Source of the DNA: Chloroflexota bacterium
GTDB lineage: Bacteria; Chloroflexota; Dehalococcoidia; Lucifugimonadales; UBA2985
Reading direction: 5' to 3'
DNA length: 64,000 nt
Assembly (NCBI GenBank): GCA_028877205.1
Contig: JAPPHY010000007.1
Coordinates: 236,766 to 300,765, forward strand
Shown here: in pieces, positions 1-9,998 of the stretch
How the letters are laid out: each line of letters opens with the position of its first letter
Position numbering within the stretch: the stretch's first letter is position 1
Made by a program: the position numbers and the translations under genes
Notes under the pieces: generated by a model
The model's database searches: none
What the model saw: only the letters and a program-made list of their open reading frames with translations
What the model was told of the DNA's origin: nothing

Positions 1-1244
1 AGCGCGGAGCCAAGGGCGAGACCATCTCCAAGGGAGAGATGGAGAGGCTCCTTGCGGAGGCAAACCAGCCGGTAACCAACAACCAGGGCGTCGACCCACA
101 GCGCCGTGGGATGTTCGTCACGGACCTGGTCAAGGAGGTTGGCTCCCGCGGTACTCCGCAGGGCGCGATCCAGCAGACTACAATGGCCTATGACCCCTCC
201 TACGACGAGGAAGAGCAGGGCGGGCCGCTTGAGATCAAGGAGCCGGCCTCCTTCCTGTACGACGAGTGGGACTACCGCATGTCGGACTACCGCTCGCGGT
301 GGTGCCTCCTGCGCGAGAAGGACATGTCGGAGGGGGACTCGACGTACTTCACCGCCACGCTGGACGGCTATGCGGCGCTGGCTTCGCAGATACGGCGTCA
401 GTTCGAGCTGATGCTGCCTCAGGGTCTGCAGAAGGTGAAGCGGCAGCAGGACGGCGATGAGCTGGAGCTGGACGCGGTCATAGAGGCAATGGTGGACAAG
501 CGCTCGGGGACATCGCCGTCGGAGAAGGTGTACGTGCGGCGGAACAAGGTGCAGCGGGATGTGGCGGTTGTGTTCCTCATGGACATGAGCGCGTCGACGG
601 CGGAGGCCATTGACGAGTCACGGCGCCTTGCGGACGAATGGGACGCGCCGGATGACCCGCTGGAGTACATGTTCTGGCTGCGAAGCCGCAGGGGCGAGGG
701 AGTGAGGCGCAGCTACAAGCGCATCGTGGATCTGGAGAAGGAGAGCCTGGTGCTTCTCATCCACGCGCTGGAGACCATCGGCGACACATACGGCATCTAC
801 GGCTTCTCCGGCTACGGACGGGAGAACGTGGACTTCTTCGTCATCAAGGACGTGCAGGAGGCGCTCTCCGACAGGGTGAAGCGCCGCATCGACAAGGTGT
901 CTCCCCTGCAAGCAACGCGCATGGGGCCGGCCATACGCCACGCGGTGACCAAGCTGGACCAGTTGGAGGCGCGCACCAAGTTCCTGATCCTCATCAGCGA
1001 CGGGCGGCCGCAGGACCGCGGCTACAGCCGCGAGGGTGTGGAGAAGGAGTACGCCATCCACGATACTCGGGTGGCGCTGCTGGAGACCCGACGCAGGGGT
1101 ATAACTCCGTTCTGTCTGACGGTGGACAAGGAGGGCCACGACTACCTGCGTTCCATGTGCCAGGATATGGGGTACGAGGTGCTGGCGGACATCCACTCGC
1201 TGCCGCGACGGCTGCCTGCGCTGTACCGCAGCCTGACGGTCTAG
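1..1244 (+). CDS. VWA-domain protein, NorD/CbbO/CoxE-like (5' end outside window)
   Basis: The frame is open from nt 3, with no stop upstream of the Met at 39. MIDAS-type motif VVFLMDMSASTAE (DxSxS) and LILISDGRPQD are typical of VWA activation proteins. Confidence 0.7.
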   Translation, partial: RGAKGETISKGEMERLLAEANQPVTNNQGVDPQRRGMFVTDLVKEVGSRGTPQGAIQQTTMAYDPSYDEEEQGGPLEIKEPASFLYDEWDYRMSDYRSRWCLLREKDMSEGDSTYFTATLDGYAALASQIRRQFELMLPQGLQKVKRQQDGDELELDAVIEAMVDKRSGTSPSEKVYVRRNKVQRDVAVVFLMDMSASTAEAIDESRRLADEWDAPDDPLEYMFWLRSRRGEGVRRSYKRIVDLEKESLVLLIHALETIGDTYGIYGFSGYGRENVDFFVIKDVQEALSDRVKRRIDKVSPLQATRMGPAIRHAVTKLDQLEARTKFLILISDGRPQDRGYSREGVEKEYAIHDTRVALLETRRRGITPFCLTVDKEGHDYLRSMCQDMGYEVLADIHSLPRRLPALYRSLTV

Positions 1245-1300
1245 TCGCCCGGGCGCTGCGACCGTCGTCTCCTTCCGTATTGACCGTCGCTTCCCGCTCC

Positions 1301-1369
1301 CGTTCGTGCTGAGCCTGTCGAAGCATGGCCGCGAGCGCCGTCGCCCTTCGACATGCTCAGGACGAGCGG
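1301..1369. repeat. REP-like imperfect inverted repeat (hairpin), family 1
   Basis: Arms are cgttcgtgctgagcctgtcgaagcat (1301-1326) and cccttcgacatgctcaggacgagcgg (1344-1369), with core gagcctgtcgaa / ttcgacatgctc. It lies in the convergent intergenic gap. The same family occurs at 15946-16095 and 54408-54500. Confidence 0.8.
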
Positions 1370-1537
1370 GAGGATTGGATTGCTGACGCCCACAAACGCC
1401 GCTAGCGGACTGGGACACCGCGAATCGCGCTAATCCCATTCCCGCGCCCCGGCGGGGATCCATCCCCCGCACTCTCCGAATGGGGATGGACTCCTGCTTC
1501 CGCAGGAGTGGTAGCCAGGCCGTCGCCCATCCGCCCG

Positions 1538-1560
1538 CCCTTCGACATGCTCAGGGCAGC
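1538..1560. repeat. Solo arm of REP family 1
   Basis: cccttcgacatgctcagggcagc repeats the 1344-1369 arm. Confidence 0.7.
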
Positions 1561-1576
1561 CGCATCAGCCCCCCGT

Positions 1577-2821
1577 TCAGCCGTGAAAGTTGGGGTTGTT
1601 GCGCAGCAACTCCAACAGCTCCAGCAAGGCCTGCACGACCGCTCGCTGCTTTATTAGCGCTCGCTGGCCCGGAAATCGCCTGCTTATGTGATGCTCGCCC
1701 CACAGGTGCGAGAACCCCATGTGGACGGTGCCCACAGGCTGCCCTTCCAGCTCGTCCGGCCCTGCCACGCCAGTTATGCCTATGCCGATGTCCGCGCCCA
1801 TCGCCTCCCGGCCGGCGCGGGCCATATCGCGGGCCACCTCCGGGCTGACCACGCCGTGTTCCCGTATGAGCGACGGGTCGACGCCCCAGGCCGCCTTCAC
1901 CTCGTTGGTGTAGGATACGATACCGCCGAGGAAGTAGTCTGAGCTGCCCGCGACCTGAGTGATGGTGTGCGCCAGCAGCCCGCCCGTGCAAGACTCCATG
2001 AGGGCCAGGGTCAGGCCGCGGCGGATCAGCTCGCGGCCAACCTGCTCCTCCAGGACGTCTTCGTCGGCGCCCCAGATGTTGTCTCCCAGCAGGTTGCGCA
2101 GCTCCGCCTCCACGGGTGACAGCATGCGATCGGCTACTTCTGCGCTTGCTGCGCGGGCCCGCAGGCGCACCTGCACGCCCTGCGCCTGAGCGTACATTCC
2201 CAGGCTCACGTCCGGCAGGTGGAACAGGTGGCCGATCAGCTCGTTGATGGCCGACTCGCCGAGGCCGTGCGTCTTGAGGCTCCGGGTGAGGATGACTGAG
2301 CCGTCCGAGCGGTCTCGCAGGCGCGGCTGCACCTGCGATTCCCACATGGGGTGCATCTCGCCGGGAGGGCCGGGCATAGCCACTATGATCCGGCCGTTGG
2401 ACTCAACCCACCAGCCGGGAGCTGTGCCGTGGTCGTTGGGAATCGAGCGTGCCGAGGGGATGAGGTTGGCCTGCTTGACGTTGGCCTGTACCATGCTTGC
2501 GCCTCTACGCCGGAAGGTCTCGCGAAGGCGCTCAAGAGACTCCGGGTCGACGTAGAGCGTCTCGCCCAAGAGGGAGGCGATGGCCTCGCGGGTGAGGTCG
2601 TCGTCGGTCGGGCCGAGGCCGCCGGTAGTGAGCACGAGGTCGGATCGCTGCCACGCCTGGCGCAGGACCTCCGCGAGGGCGTCCAGGTTGTCGCGTGCGT
2701 GCGTGATGCGCTGCAGCTCGATGCCTATGGACGGTAGGCGGGCTGCCAGGTAGGCGGAGTTGGTGTCCACCAGCTCGCCCATGAGGAGCTCAGTGCCGAT
2801 GGATACTATGTCAGCCTTCAA
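1577..2821 (-). CDS. cinA: CinA family protein (MoCF-binding domain + nicotinamide-nucleotide amidase domain)
   Basis: N-terminus MKADIVSIGTELLMGELVDTNSAYLA, TTGGLGPTDDDLT, and a C-terminal CinA/PncC-type half (ESCTGGLLA...). Confidence 0.9.
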   Translation of the reverse strand: MKADIVSIGTELLMGELVDTNSAYLAARLPSIGIELQRITHARDNLDALAEVLRQAWQRSDLVLTTGGLGPTDDDLTREAIASLLGETLYVDPESLERLRETFRRRGASMVQANVKQANLIPSARSIPNDHGTAPGWWVESNGRIIVAMPGPPGEMHPMWESQVQPRLRDRSDGSVILTRSLKTHGLGESAINELIGHLFHLPDVSLGMYAQAQGVQVRLRARAASAEVADRMLSPVEAELRNLLGDNIWGADEDVLEEQVGRELIRRGLTLALMESCTGGLLAHTITQVAGSSDYFLGGIVSYTNEVKAAWGVDPSLIREHGVVSPEVARDMARAGREAMGADIGIGITGVAGPDELEGQPVGTVHMGFSHLWGEHHISRRFPGQRALIKQRAVVQALLELLELLRNNPNFHG

Positions 2822-2872
2822 GGAGGTTTTCCTGCCGGTTCGGCCTGTGCTGTTCGTCGGGCTCGCGCTGTC

Positions 2873-3868
2873 CTAAGGGCCTGCGTTCTGCGTGCCGTCG
2901 GTGTGAGGGTAGTCGGCGGCGAGGGACTGCATGGCCTCCACCCACGAGGCCTCAATCGTGAAGACCTCAGGGAATGGAAACTCTCCGCGCACTGTCTGCG
3001 CGTAGTAGGCGCTTCCGTCCTCCGTGAGACCGCCCACCAGGTAGCGGGTATGGGATAGGACGTTGAATCCTTCATCGTCCAGCTTCTGCGTCTCCATGAA
3101 AAGGGAGAGCACCGGTTCATCAAGGCCGTAGGGTGTCAGGTCCAGCGTGTCGAATAGCACAAGCTCCTGATCCGGTTTCTCCAGGTGCTCCAGGATGCCG
3201 GGCAGCACCTCGGGGTCGACGAGGGCAGCTTCCTCGTTGTTGAAGCGCCATTCGTCGTTCTCCTTGATGAGGGACAGGAATCCTTCGTCCGTGAACAGCT
3301 CGAACCTGTTGATGGACGCGGCGCTCGCGTTGTAGTACCACTGCGGGTAGGGAGGATCGTCGATGAGCTTGGTGAGGCTCTCCCGCCACCCGGAGAAGAC
3401 AGTGAACACCTGCGGGAAGCCCTCCACCTGCGCGTAGTTGTTCGAGCCGTCGGGCGTGGCGAATCCCAGGAGAACGTTGATGCTGCGCCCGTCCTTCAGG
3501 TCCACCTCCACCACGGTTGGGGGAGCGTCCAGGCCGTAGTCGGCGAGGTTGGGGTCGGTCGGCTGCTCGTCCAGCAGCCTGCGGCTGCGAGGGCCGGTGA
3601 GCAGCAGTGTAATGCCACCCCAGCGGTCCAGACCCACGGGAATGCCCTCCGGATCGCCTATTCGCCAGTTGTTGTCCTCGCCCAAGTGGAAGGAGGCATT
3701 CCCCGCGCTGTCCTCGATGTGGATGCGAGTCAGGTCTGCAATGTCAAGGTTGTAGAACCAGGGCGGCTCCTCCTCTTCCTCCTCGACCTGCCTGAGCTGG
3801 ATGAAGAAGACGTAGCCCGCGACCATTGCCAGGGCAACAACTAGGATGATGGACGTGCGGATGCTCAT
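2873..3868 (-). CDS. DUF4340-like protein with N-terminal membrane anchor
   Basis: It has an N-terminal TM (IILVVALAMVAGYVFFI). It sits directly downstream of a GldG-like gene, as is typical for DUF4340. No catalytic motifs seen. Confidence 0.55.
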   Translation of the reverse strand: MSIRTSIILVVALAMVAGYVFFIQLRQVEEEEEEPPWFYNLDIADLTRIHIEDSAGNASFHLGEDNNWRIGDPEGIPVGLDRWGGITLLLTGPRSRRLLDEQPTDPNLADYGLDAPPTVVEVDLKDGRSINVLLGFATPDGSNNYAQVEGFPQVFTVFSGWRESLTKLIDDPPYPQWYYNASAASINRFELFTDEGFLSLIKENDEWRFNNEEAALVDPEVLPGILEHLEKPDQELVLFDTLDLTPYGLDEPVLSLFMETQKLDDEGFNVLSHTRYLVGGLTEDGSAYYAQTVRGEFPFPEVFTIEASWVEAMQSLAADYPHTDGTQNAGP

Positions 3869-3877
3869 GGGGCCGGA

Positions 3878-5593
3878 CTACCTTCTGCGCCACCAGGCGA
3901 TGCCGGCGAAGAGCATGAGGCCGGTGGGGAGCAGGAACCAGCTGGAGTAGCGTATGAAGTCGAACTGCCTCTGGTCTATGACCAGGAGGCGGAAGGCCTG
4001 CGGCTTGGCGCGGATGGAGATGAGGTCGTACTTCTGCGCCAGCCAGTCCACGGAGTTGAGGAAGAGATCGCTGTTGTTCAGGGCGTAGTAGAACCTGTTT
4101 GACGCGAAGTCCGAGTCCCCGAAGATGATCATGGAAGCCAGGGTCGGATCCTGGCCCGGCAGTAGCTCCGGCGCCTCTTCTCCGACGAATGCAACCAGCT
4201 CTACGGCCAGTGCCAGGGCAAACGGGCCGGGGATGTCGTCTTCATCGGAGCAGTCGGTGGCGTCCCGTTCAACGGTGATGCAGCTGAACAGGGACGAGTG
4301 GGCGAGAGGGATGTGACGGATGTTGATCTCGTCGGGGTTTGGGGGAAGCCCCTCGGGCGCCCTTTCTATGGTGCTCAGAATGCCGGTTGAGTCGGTGAGG
4401 AATGTGTCGTCCAGCTGGCGGGTGATGGGGTGGTCCTGGTTGTAGGCGCTGCGCCGGATGATGGGGCTGCGCGGGTCCGCCACGGTGGAGCTCGCAGTGT
4501 CGACGATGTTGCCCTGTGGCAGCTCGATGCCGAACTTGGCAAAGGTGGTGTTCATCTGCGTGTTGATGGCGTCGTCGATCAGGAAGAGGCCGCGTCCACC
4601 CCTCTTCAGGTACCGCTCCACCATCTCTCGCTCGCCCACGAGTATGGAGTTTCGGGGGCCGGCCATGATGAGGACGGCGGCGTCCTCAGGGATCTCCTCG
4701 ACCTCCCTGAGGTTCAGCGTCCTTACGATGTAGTTGTCGCCGAGAAGGCCGGCGCGTGCGAGGCCGAAACCGTCGCTGTCCTCGGAGGCGTCGTTCGTGT
4801 TGCGTTCGCTGTGGCCGGTGGTGAAGTAGACCACCTTCTGCTGCTCGCCGGTGGAGATGAGGAGGGCGCTGACAAGGTCCTGCTCGGCGAGAGTGAACTC
4901 CTCACCGAAGAACTGGGGTGTGAGCAGGTACGGGTTGCGCTCCGACTCCGTGGCTCGGAACGCAATGGTGGGGTACTCCCGGACGCCGTCGCGGCGCGCC
5001 TGGGCCGGCGTGAGGTCGGGGTCCACGAAGTCGTAGCTGAACCTGCTGTTGCGCCGGTTGAACTCGAAGAAGAAGTCCTCGGCCTGGCGCCGGATCAGCT
5101 CGTGGCGTGCGTCGGTCGGACTGGAGTAGATGGTGGCGTTCACCGGTTCGGCCACGCTCTCCAGCACCAGCTCCGTCTGCGGAGCAAGTGTGAACTGCCT
5201 GGTTGCGGTCACGTCCAGCCGGTAGGAGTTCTCGTATGAGATGAAGCCCAGCAGCACCAGTATGGCGGTGAGTGCGGCCACCATGATCAGGGTGTTTGCG
5301 GCGTAGCGCCCGGCCCGCGCCCTGATGGCGCTCCTCACCGCGCCCAGGTTGGTAAGGGCCGCTGTGAGCAGCATGAGGACGGCCAGGGCCATGAGAAGCT
5401 GACCGGGGCCGCGCAGCTCCGGGATGGTGATGTACACCACGAAGCCGCCTACGAATATCACCGCGCCGGAGAGCGAGAAGATGGGGCCGGCATCAGAGAT
5501 GGCTGTCCACAGCTTCTCGCGGTCGAAACGGCCCTGAGGCTCTTCCCTGGCGCGGCTGCGGCGCTCTCTCCGCCTGTCGCCGCTGGTGCTCAT
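3878..5593 (-). CDS. GldG-like ABC-transporter auxiliary protein
   Basis: The track ORF runs to 5941, but the likely start is ATG 5593 (MSTSGDRRRE...), which overlaps the upstream stop as ATGA. It has N- and C-terminal TM segments around a large extracytoplasmic domain, and sits in an operon with an ABC-2 permease and ATPase. Confidence 0.7.
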   Translation of the reverse strand: MSTSGDRRRERRSRAREEPQGRFDREKLWTAISDAGPIFSLSGAVIFVGGFVVYITIPELRGPGQLLMALAVLMLLTAALTNLGAVRSAIRARAGRYAANTLIMVAALTAILVLLGFISYENSYRLDVTATRQFTLAPQTELVLESVAEPVNATIYSSPTDARHELIRRQAEDFFFEFNRRNSRFSYDFVDPDLTPAQARRDGVREYPTIAFRATESERNPYLLTPQFFGEEFTLAEQDLVSALLISTGEQQKVVYFTTGHSERNTNDASEDSDGFGLARAGLLGDNYIVRTLNLREVEEIPEDAAVLIMAGPRNSILVGEREMVERYLKRGGRGLFLIDDAINTQMNTTFAKFGIELPQGNIVDTASSTVADPRSPIIRRSAYNQDHPITRQLDDTFLTDSTGILSTIERAPEGLPPNPDEINIRHIPLAHSSLFSCITVERDATDCSDEDDIPGPFALALAVELVAFVGEEAPELLPGQDPTLASMIIFGDSDFASNRFYYALNNSDLFLNSVDWLAQKYDLISIRAKPQAFRLLVIDQRQFDFIRYSSWFLLPTGLMLFAGIAWWRRR

Positions 5594-6303
5594 CGCCACC
5601 TCCTGGACTCCAGCGAGCGCACCGTGAGAAACAGCATGAACGTGGTGAAGATTGCGTAGTAGACGATGTCGTGCGTGTCGATTACGCCTCGCGCAAAGCT
5701 CTCCAGGTGGGTTGTGATGGAGAGCTGAAGAACCAGGACCTCGAATATGCCGCCTGCATATGTGGAGGCAAGGTCCAGCACCGTGAGGATGAGGAGGATG
5801 CCCATCGCAAGCACGGCGGCCACTATCTGGTTGCCGGAAAGCGAGGAGGCGAGCAGCCCCACGGATAGCGTCGCCATTCCGAACAGGACAAGGCCAAGGT
5901 ATCCGCTCAGTATCGGGCCGATGTCCGGCGTGGCGAACCACGTCAGCATTATCACCAGGTAAACGGTGGGCACCAGTATGGAGAGCAGGCTGGCCATTGC
6001 GGCCAGGAACTTGCCCATGACAATCTCGAAGTCGCGCACCGGCGCGGTCATGAGAAGCTCCAGGGTGCCGAGCTTCTGCTCCTCCGCCAGCAGCCTCATG
6101 GTGATGATGGGCGAGAGGAGCGTGAAGATGAAGGTACTGGGGATGATGTAGCCGCGGATGGTGGCTTCCGGCAGGGCTCCGCTGATGCTGGTAACGAAGT
6201 AGTATGCGGCCAGGGCGGCGTAGACCGCCATGATGATGTAGGCCATGGGGGAGGCGAAGTAGGTCCGGGTCTCCTTCCAGGCTATCGTGATGGTGTTCTT
6301 CAT
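5590..6303 (-). CDS. ABC-2 type transporter permease (GldF-like)
   Basis: Six hydrophobic segments. Both junctions are ATGA overlaps (5590-5593 and 6300-6303). Confidence 0.75.
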   Translation of the reverse strand: MKNTITIAWKETRTYFASPMAYIIMAVYAALAAYYFVTSISGALPEATIRGYIIPSTFIFTLLSPIITMRLLAEEQKLGTLELLMTAPVRDFEIVMGKFLAAMASLLSILVPTVYLVIMLTWFATPDIGPILSGYLGLVLFGMATLSVGLLASSLSGNQIVAAVLAMGILLILTVLDLASTYAGGIFEVLVLQLSITTHLESFARGVIDTHDIVYYAIFTTFMLFLTVRSLESRRWR

Positions 6304-7265
6304 TCCCTGTCCGAGTCCGGTTCCGTGAGGCGCAGGAAGATCTCCTCCAGGCTCATCTGTATAGGTTGCAGCCTGAGGAGGCCCCAGCCTCGCTGCAGCA
6401 CAAGGTTGGAAATAGCCTCGCGGAGGTCTTCGCTTCCCGTGGTCTCGATGCGGTAGACGCCCACGTCGTCTCTGTCAGCGCGGGTGACGTCCTGGACGCC
6501 GGGCAGGTCGCGGAGGGCGGTCATCACGTCCGCAGAAGGGCCGCGTATGTCCACCTCCAGCCGCTCGGTGCCTCGGAGGCGCTCGGACAGGTTGTCCGGC
6601 CGGTCAACGGCCACCACCTGGCCTTCGTGGATGATGATGACGCGCTGGCACACCATGCTCACCTCGGGGAGTATGTGGGTGCTGAGGATGACGGTGTGCT
6701 CGCCGCCGAAGCCCTTTATGAGGTTGCGCGTCTCCACCACCTGGATGGGGTCGATGCCGATGGTCGGCTCGTCCATGATCAGCACCTCCGGCTCGTGGAG
6801 GATGGCCTGGGCAATGCCAACCCTCTGCCGGAAGCCCTTGGACAGCTTGCCGATGAGCGACGTGCGGTAGTCGCCGAGCCGGCAGATGTCGATGACCTCG
6901 CTGATGCGCCGCTGGCGCCACTCCTTGCCCATGCCGCGGATGCGGCCCATGAAGTCCAGGTAGTCGATGACGCCCATCTCAGTGTAGAGGGGTACGGTCT
7001 CCGGCAGGTAGCCGATGTGTCGCCTCACCTCCAGGGACTGGTCGACCACGTCGTAGCCCGCGATGCGCGCGGTGCCGGAGGTGGGCGGCATGAAGCCGGT
7101 GAGGATGCGCATGGTGGTGGTCTTGCCGGCGGCATTGGGTCCCAGGAAGCCCAGGATCTCGCCGCGGTTGACGGTGAAGCTGATGTTCTCGATGGCGGGG
7201 TATTCGCCGTAGTACTTGGTGAGGTCTTCGACCTCGATCATAGGTATATCGGTGTTCTCTTGCAT
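6300..7265 (-). CDS. ABC transporter ATP-binding protein (GldA-like)
   Basis: Walker A GPNAAGKTT, signature LSKGFRQR, Walker B LIMDEPT. Start is ATG 7265 (MQENTD...) with aaggggcggag upstream. The remainder of the 893-aa track ORF is antisense to relA. Confidence 0.9.
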   Translation of the reverse strand: MQENTDIPMIEVEDLTKYYGEYPAIENISFTVNRGEILGFLGPNAAGKTTTMRILTGFMPPTSGTARIAGYDVVDQSLEVRRHIGYLPETVPLYTEMGVIDYLDFMGRIRGMGKEWRQRRISEVIDICRLGDYRTSLIGKLSKGFRQRVGIAQAILHEPEVLIMDEPTIGIDPIQVVETRNLIKGFGGEHTVILSTHILPEVSMVCQRVIIIHEGQVVAVDRPDNLSERLRGTERLEVDIRGPSADVMTALRDLPGVQDVTRADRDDVGVYRIETTGSEDLREAISNLVLQRGWGLLRLQPIQMSLEEIFLRLTEPDSDRE

Positions 7266-7403
7266 GCTCCGCCCCTTGAGCGTCTCCCCGCTATCCGAAA
7301 TGCGCGTTGGTGGATTATATAGGCAACTGCGCAACAGCTTCAAGGGGATGGCATGGTTCGTAAGGTATATGAAGGAACGATTGCGTAGTTTGCAGGAACA
7401 AGT

Positions 7404-9647
7404 GTGAGTCGCTATACTCTCAGCATGGCTAGGCCGCGCGTTGCGTACGAGATTCATACGTCCGAGGACATCCTGTCTAAGGCCAGGACCTATCTGCCTC
7501 CCGATGGGCTTACGCTCATCGAGGACGCCTTCGAGTTTGCCTGCCACGCGCACGACGGCCAGAAGCGGCTGTCCGGGGAGCCCTACGTGGAGCACCCCAT
7601 CAACACGGCCCTGTTCCTGGCCGAACTGAACCTGGACGCCGCAACGCTCGCCGCCGCCCTCCTCCACGACGTGATCGAGGACTGCGACGTCACCTTCGAC
7701 GACCTGCGCCGGCAGTTCGGGCTGGAGGTCGCACGGCTGGTGGATGGCGTCACCAAGTTGAGCAAGATGGACCTCATGTACTCGGAGGACGGCCCGCGCT
7801 ACGACTACGACGACGGTCAGGCGGGCAGCCTGCGCAAGATGCTGGTGGCCACGGCCCAGGACATCCGCGTCGTTCTCATCAAGCTGGCGGACCGCCTTCA
7901 CAATATGGAGACGCTCAGCGCCCACTCGCCTGAGAAGCGGGTTGCCATCTCCAGGGAGACCCTGGACATCTACGCGCCGCTGGCCCACAGGCTGGGCATC
8001 TGGGACTTCAAGTGGCGTCTGGAGGACCTGGCGTTCAGCTTCATTCACCCCGACCAGTACCGGGAGATATCGCGCCTGCTCACCACCAAGCGGACGGAGA
8101 GGGAGAAGTACATCCTCCGGCTGAGCCAGACGCTCCGGGACGAGCTGAACGAGCGGGGACTTGAGGCGGAGGTTATGGGCCGCCCCAAGCACATCTTCAG
8201 CATCTACCAGAAAATGAGGAAGTACGCTGAACAGGGCAAGGAGTTCAGCCAGATATACGATCTCTTTGCGCTGCGCGTCCTGGTGCCGGAGGTTCACGAC
8301 TGCTACAGCGCTCTCGGCGTCATCCACGGGCTGTACCACCCGATACCCGGCGAGTTCGACGACTACATAGCCAACCCCAAGGACAACATGTACCAGTCGC
8401 TCCACACGGCTGTGATGTACCAGGGCAACACGCCGCTGGAGATACAGATCAGGACCTACTCCATGCACCAGGTGTCGGAGTACGGGGTGGCGGCCCACTG
8501 GCGCTACAAGGAGGGCGAGGCCAGGGACCGCCGCTTCGAGGAGAAGATGAGCTGGCTCCGGCAGCTGCTGGACTGGCAGCGAGAGGTCGTGGGGGCGGAG
8601 GAGTTCGTGGAGTCCGTGAAGACAGACCTGTTCCAGGACCAGGTATTCGTGTACACGCCCAAGGGCGACATACGGGAGCTGCCGGCAGGCTCGACGCCCA
8701 TCGACTTCGCATATCGTATACACACTGACCTTGGTCACCGGTGCATCGGCGGCAAGGTGAACGGCAAGCTGATGCCGCTGTACACGCAGCTCAAGAACGG
8801 CGACACGGTCGAGATACTGACGAGCAAGCTGGAGCGCGGGCCAAGCCTGGACTGGCTCAACGTAAACCTGGGCTACGCAAACACTGCGAACGCCCGCCAG
8901 AAGATTCGCCTGTGGTTCCGTAAGCAGGAGCGGGGCGCCAACATCCAGCGCGGCAAGGAGCTGCTGTCCAAGGAGCTGCACCGCCTCAGCGTGAAGATGG
9001 ACGAGCGCGACGTGGCTTCGCTGTTCAAGTACGATACGGGGAACGAGTTCCTGGCGGCGCTAGGCAGCGGGCTCGTGAGCATAGCGCAGGTGACGTCACG
9101 GCTCGCCGCGCAGCAGGATGAGGCGCCGACGCAGCCGGCGGCCGCGCCGGTGCTCACGTGGCCGTCCTCGGGCATCGAGGTGCTTGGCGTGGGCGACCTC
9201 CTGACCCGCGTGTCCCAGTGCTGCAACCCCATTCCGGGCGACGACATCATCGGCTACATCACTCGCACCCGCGGCGTGTCCGTGCACCGGACCGACTGCC
9301 ACAACATACGCAACGAGAGCGAGCAGGAGAGGCTTGTAAGTGTGAACTGGGGCAGCGGCCAGACGCTCTACCCGGTGCGGCTGCGCATCGAGGCGTGGGA
9401 CCGGGTGGGCCTGTTGAGGGACATAACCACGCTGGTGTCGCAGGAGAAGGTGAACATCGCCAGCGTCATAACCACCGAGCACGAGGACAGCAGCGCGTCC
9501 ATATACCTCACGCTGTACACGACGGGAGTGGGACAGCTGAGCCGGCTGTTCTCTCGGCTGGAGGGCGTGCTAGGCGTGTTCTCGGTAACGCGAAGCGCTC
9601 CGGAGGAGGAGCGCGGCCTGCGGATCGGCGCAGGAAGACAGAACTGA
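7404..9647 (+). CDS. relA: Bifunctional (p)ppGpp synthetase/hydrolase, RelA/SpoT family
   Basis: HD hydrolase motif (HDVIED), RelA_SpoT synthetase core (YQSLHTAV), TGS (VFVYTPKGD...LPAGSTPIDFAY) and C-terminal ACT-like region. GTG 7404 or ATG 7425 may be the start. Confidence 0.95.
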   Translation: MSRYTLSMARPRVAYEIHTSEDILSKARTYLPPDGLTLIEDAFEFACHAHDGQKRLSGEPYVEHPINTALFLAELNLDAATLAAALLHDVIEDCDVTFDDLRRQFGLEVARLVDGVTKLSKMDLMYSEDGPRYDYDDGQAGSLRKMLVATAQDIRVVLIKLADRLHNMETLSAHSPEKRVAISRETLDIYAPLAHRLGIWDFKWRLEDLAFSFIHPDQYREISRLLTTKRTEREKYILRLSQTLRDELNERGLEAEVMGRPKHIFSIYQKMRKYAEQGKEFSQIYDLFALRVLVPEVHDCYSALGVIHGLYHPIPGEFDDYIANPKDNMYQSLHTAVMYQGNTPLEIQIRTYSMHQVSEYGVAAHWRYKEGEARDRRFEEKMSWLRQLLDWQREVVGAEEFVESVKTDLFQDQVFVYTPKGDIRELPAGSTPIDFAYRIHTDLGHRCIGGKVNGKLMPLYTQLKNGDTVEILTSKLERGPSLDWLNVNLGYANTANARQKIRLWFRKQERGANIQRGKELLSKELHRLSVKMDERDVASLFKYDTGNEFLAALGSGLVSIAQVTSRLAAQQDEAPTQPAAAPVLTWPSSGIEVLGVGDLLTRVSQCCNPIPGDDIIGYITRTRGVSVHRTDCHNIRNESEQERLVSVNWGSGQTLYPVRLRIEAWDRVGLLRDITTLVSQEKVNIASVITTEHEDSSASIYLTLYTTGVGQLSRLFSRLEGVLGVFSVTRSAPEEERGLRIGAGRQN

Positions 9648-9660
9648 AGGAGAGGTCCCA

Positions 9661-9915
9661 ATGCCAAGTGAAAAGTCCGCCCGCGTGGTGGCTCGGAAGA
9701 CGGAGCGAAACCGGCCGATACGCACGGCAACACGCACCTACGTGAAGAGGGCGCAGGACGCCATTGAGCAGGGTGAGTCGGAGGCTGCGACGGAGAGCGT
9801 GCAGCGTGCGATCAAGGCGCTGGACCAGGCGGCCGTGAAGGGCGTCATCCACCCGAACAACGCGGCGCGCCGGAAGTCCCGGCTGATGGCAAAGCTCAAC
9901 CGCCTAGGCTATTAG
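9661..9915 (+). CDS. rpsT: 30S ribosomal protein S20
   Basis: 84 aa, basic, ...AAVKGVIHPNNAARRKSRL... is typical of S20. Confidence 0.95.
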   Translation: MPSEKSARVVARKTERNRPIRTATRTYVKRAQDAIEQGESEAATESVQRAIKALDQAAVKGVIHPNNAARRKSRLMAKLNRLGY

Positions 9916-9952
9916 CCGCGGCGTCAGCGCACGTAGTCCGCATTGAATCAGG

Positions 9953-9991
9953 CCTCCGCGCCCCAATGGGAGCGCGGAGGTTTGGTGTTTT
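9953..9991 (+). terminator. Rho-independent terminator after rpsT (possibly bidirectional)
   Basis: Stem cctccgcgc (9953-9961), 10-nt loop, stem gcgcggagg (9972-9980), then tttggtgtttt. Confidence 0.7.
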
Positions 9992-9998
9992 CCGGCCC

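Noticed and set aside
5594-5941. N-terminal 116 codons of track ORF 3878-5941
   Set aside because: It overlaps the ABC-2 permease in another frame and is His/Arg/Pro-rich. ATG 5593 gives the usual ATGA coupling and a sensible N-terminus.
7266-8981. Upstream 570 codons of the 893-aa minus-strand ORF 6300-8981
   Set aside because: This part is antisense to the unmistakable RelA/SpoT gene. It is Leu/Arg/Val/Pro/His-rich with no motif. The ABC ATPase homology begins only at Met 7265, which has its own SD.
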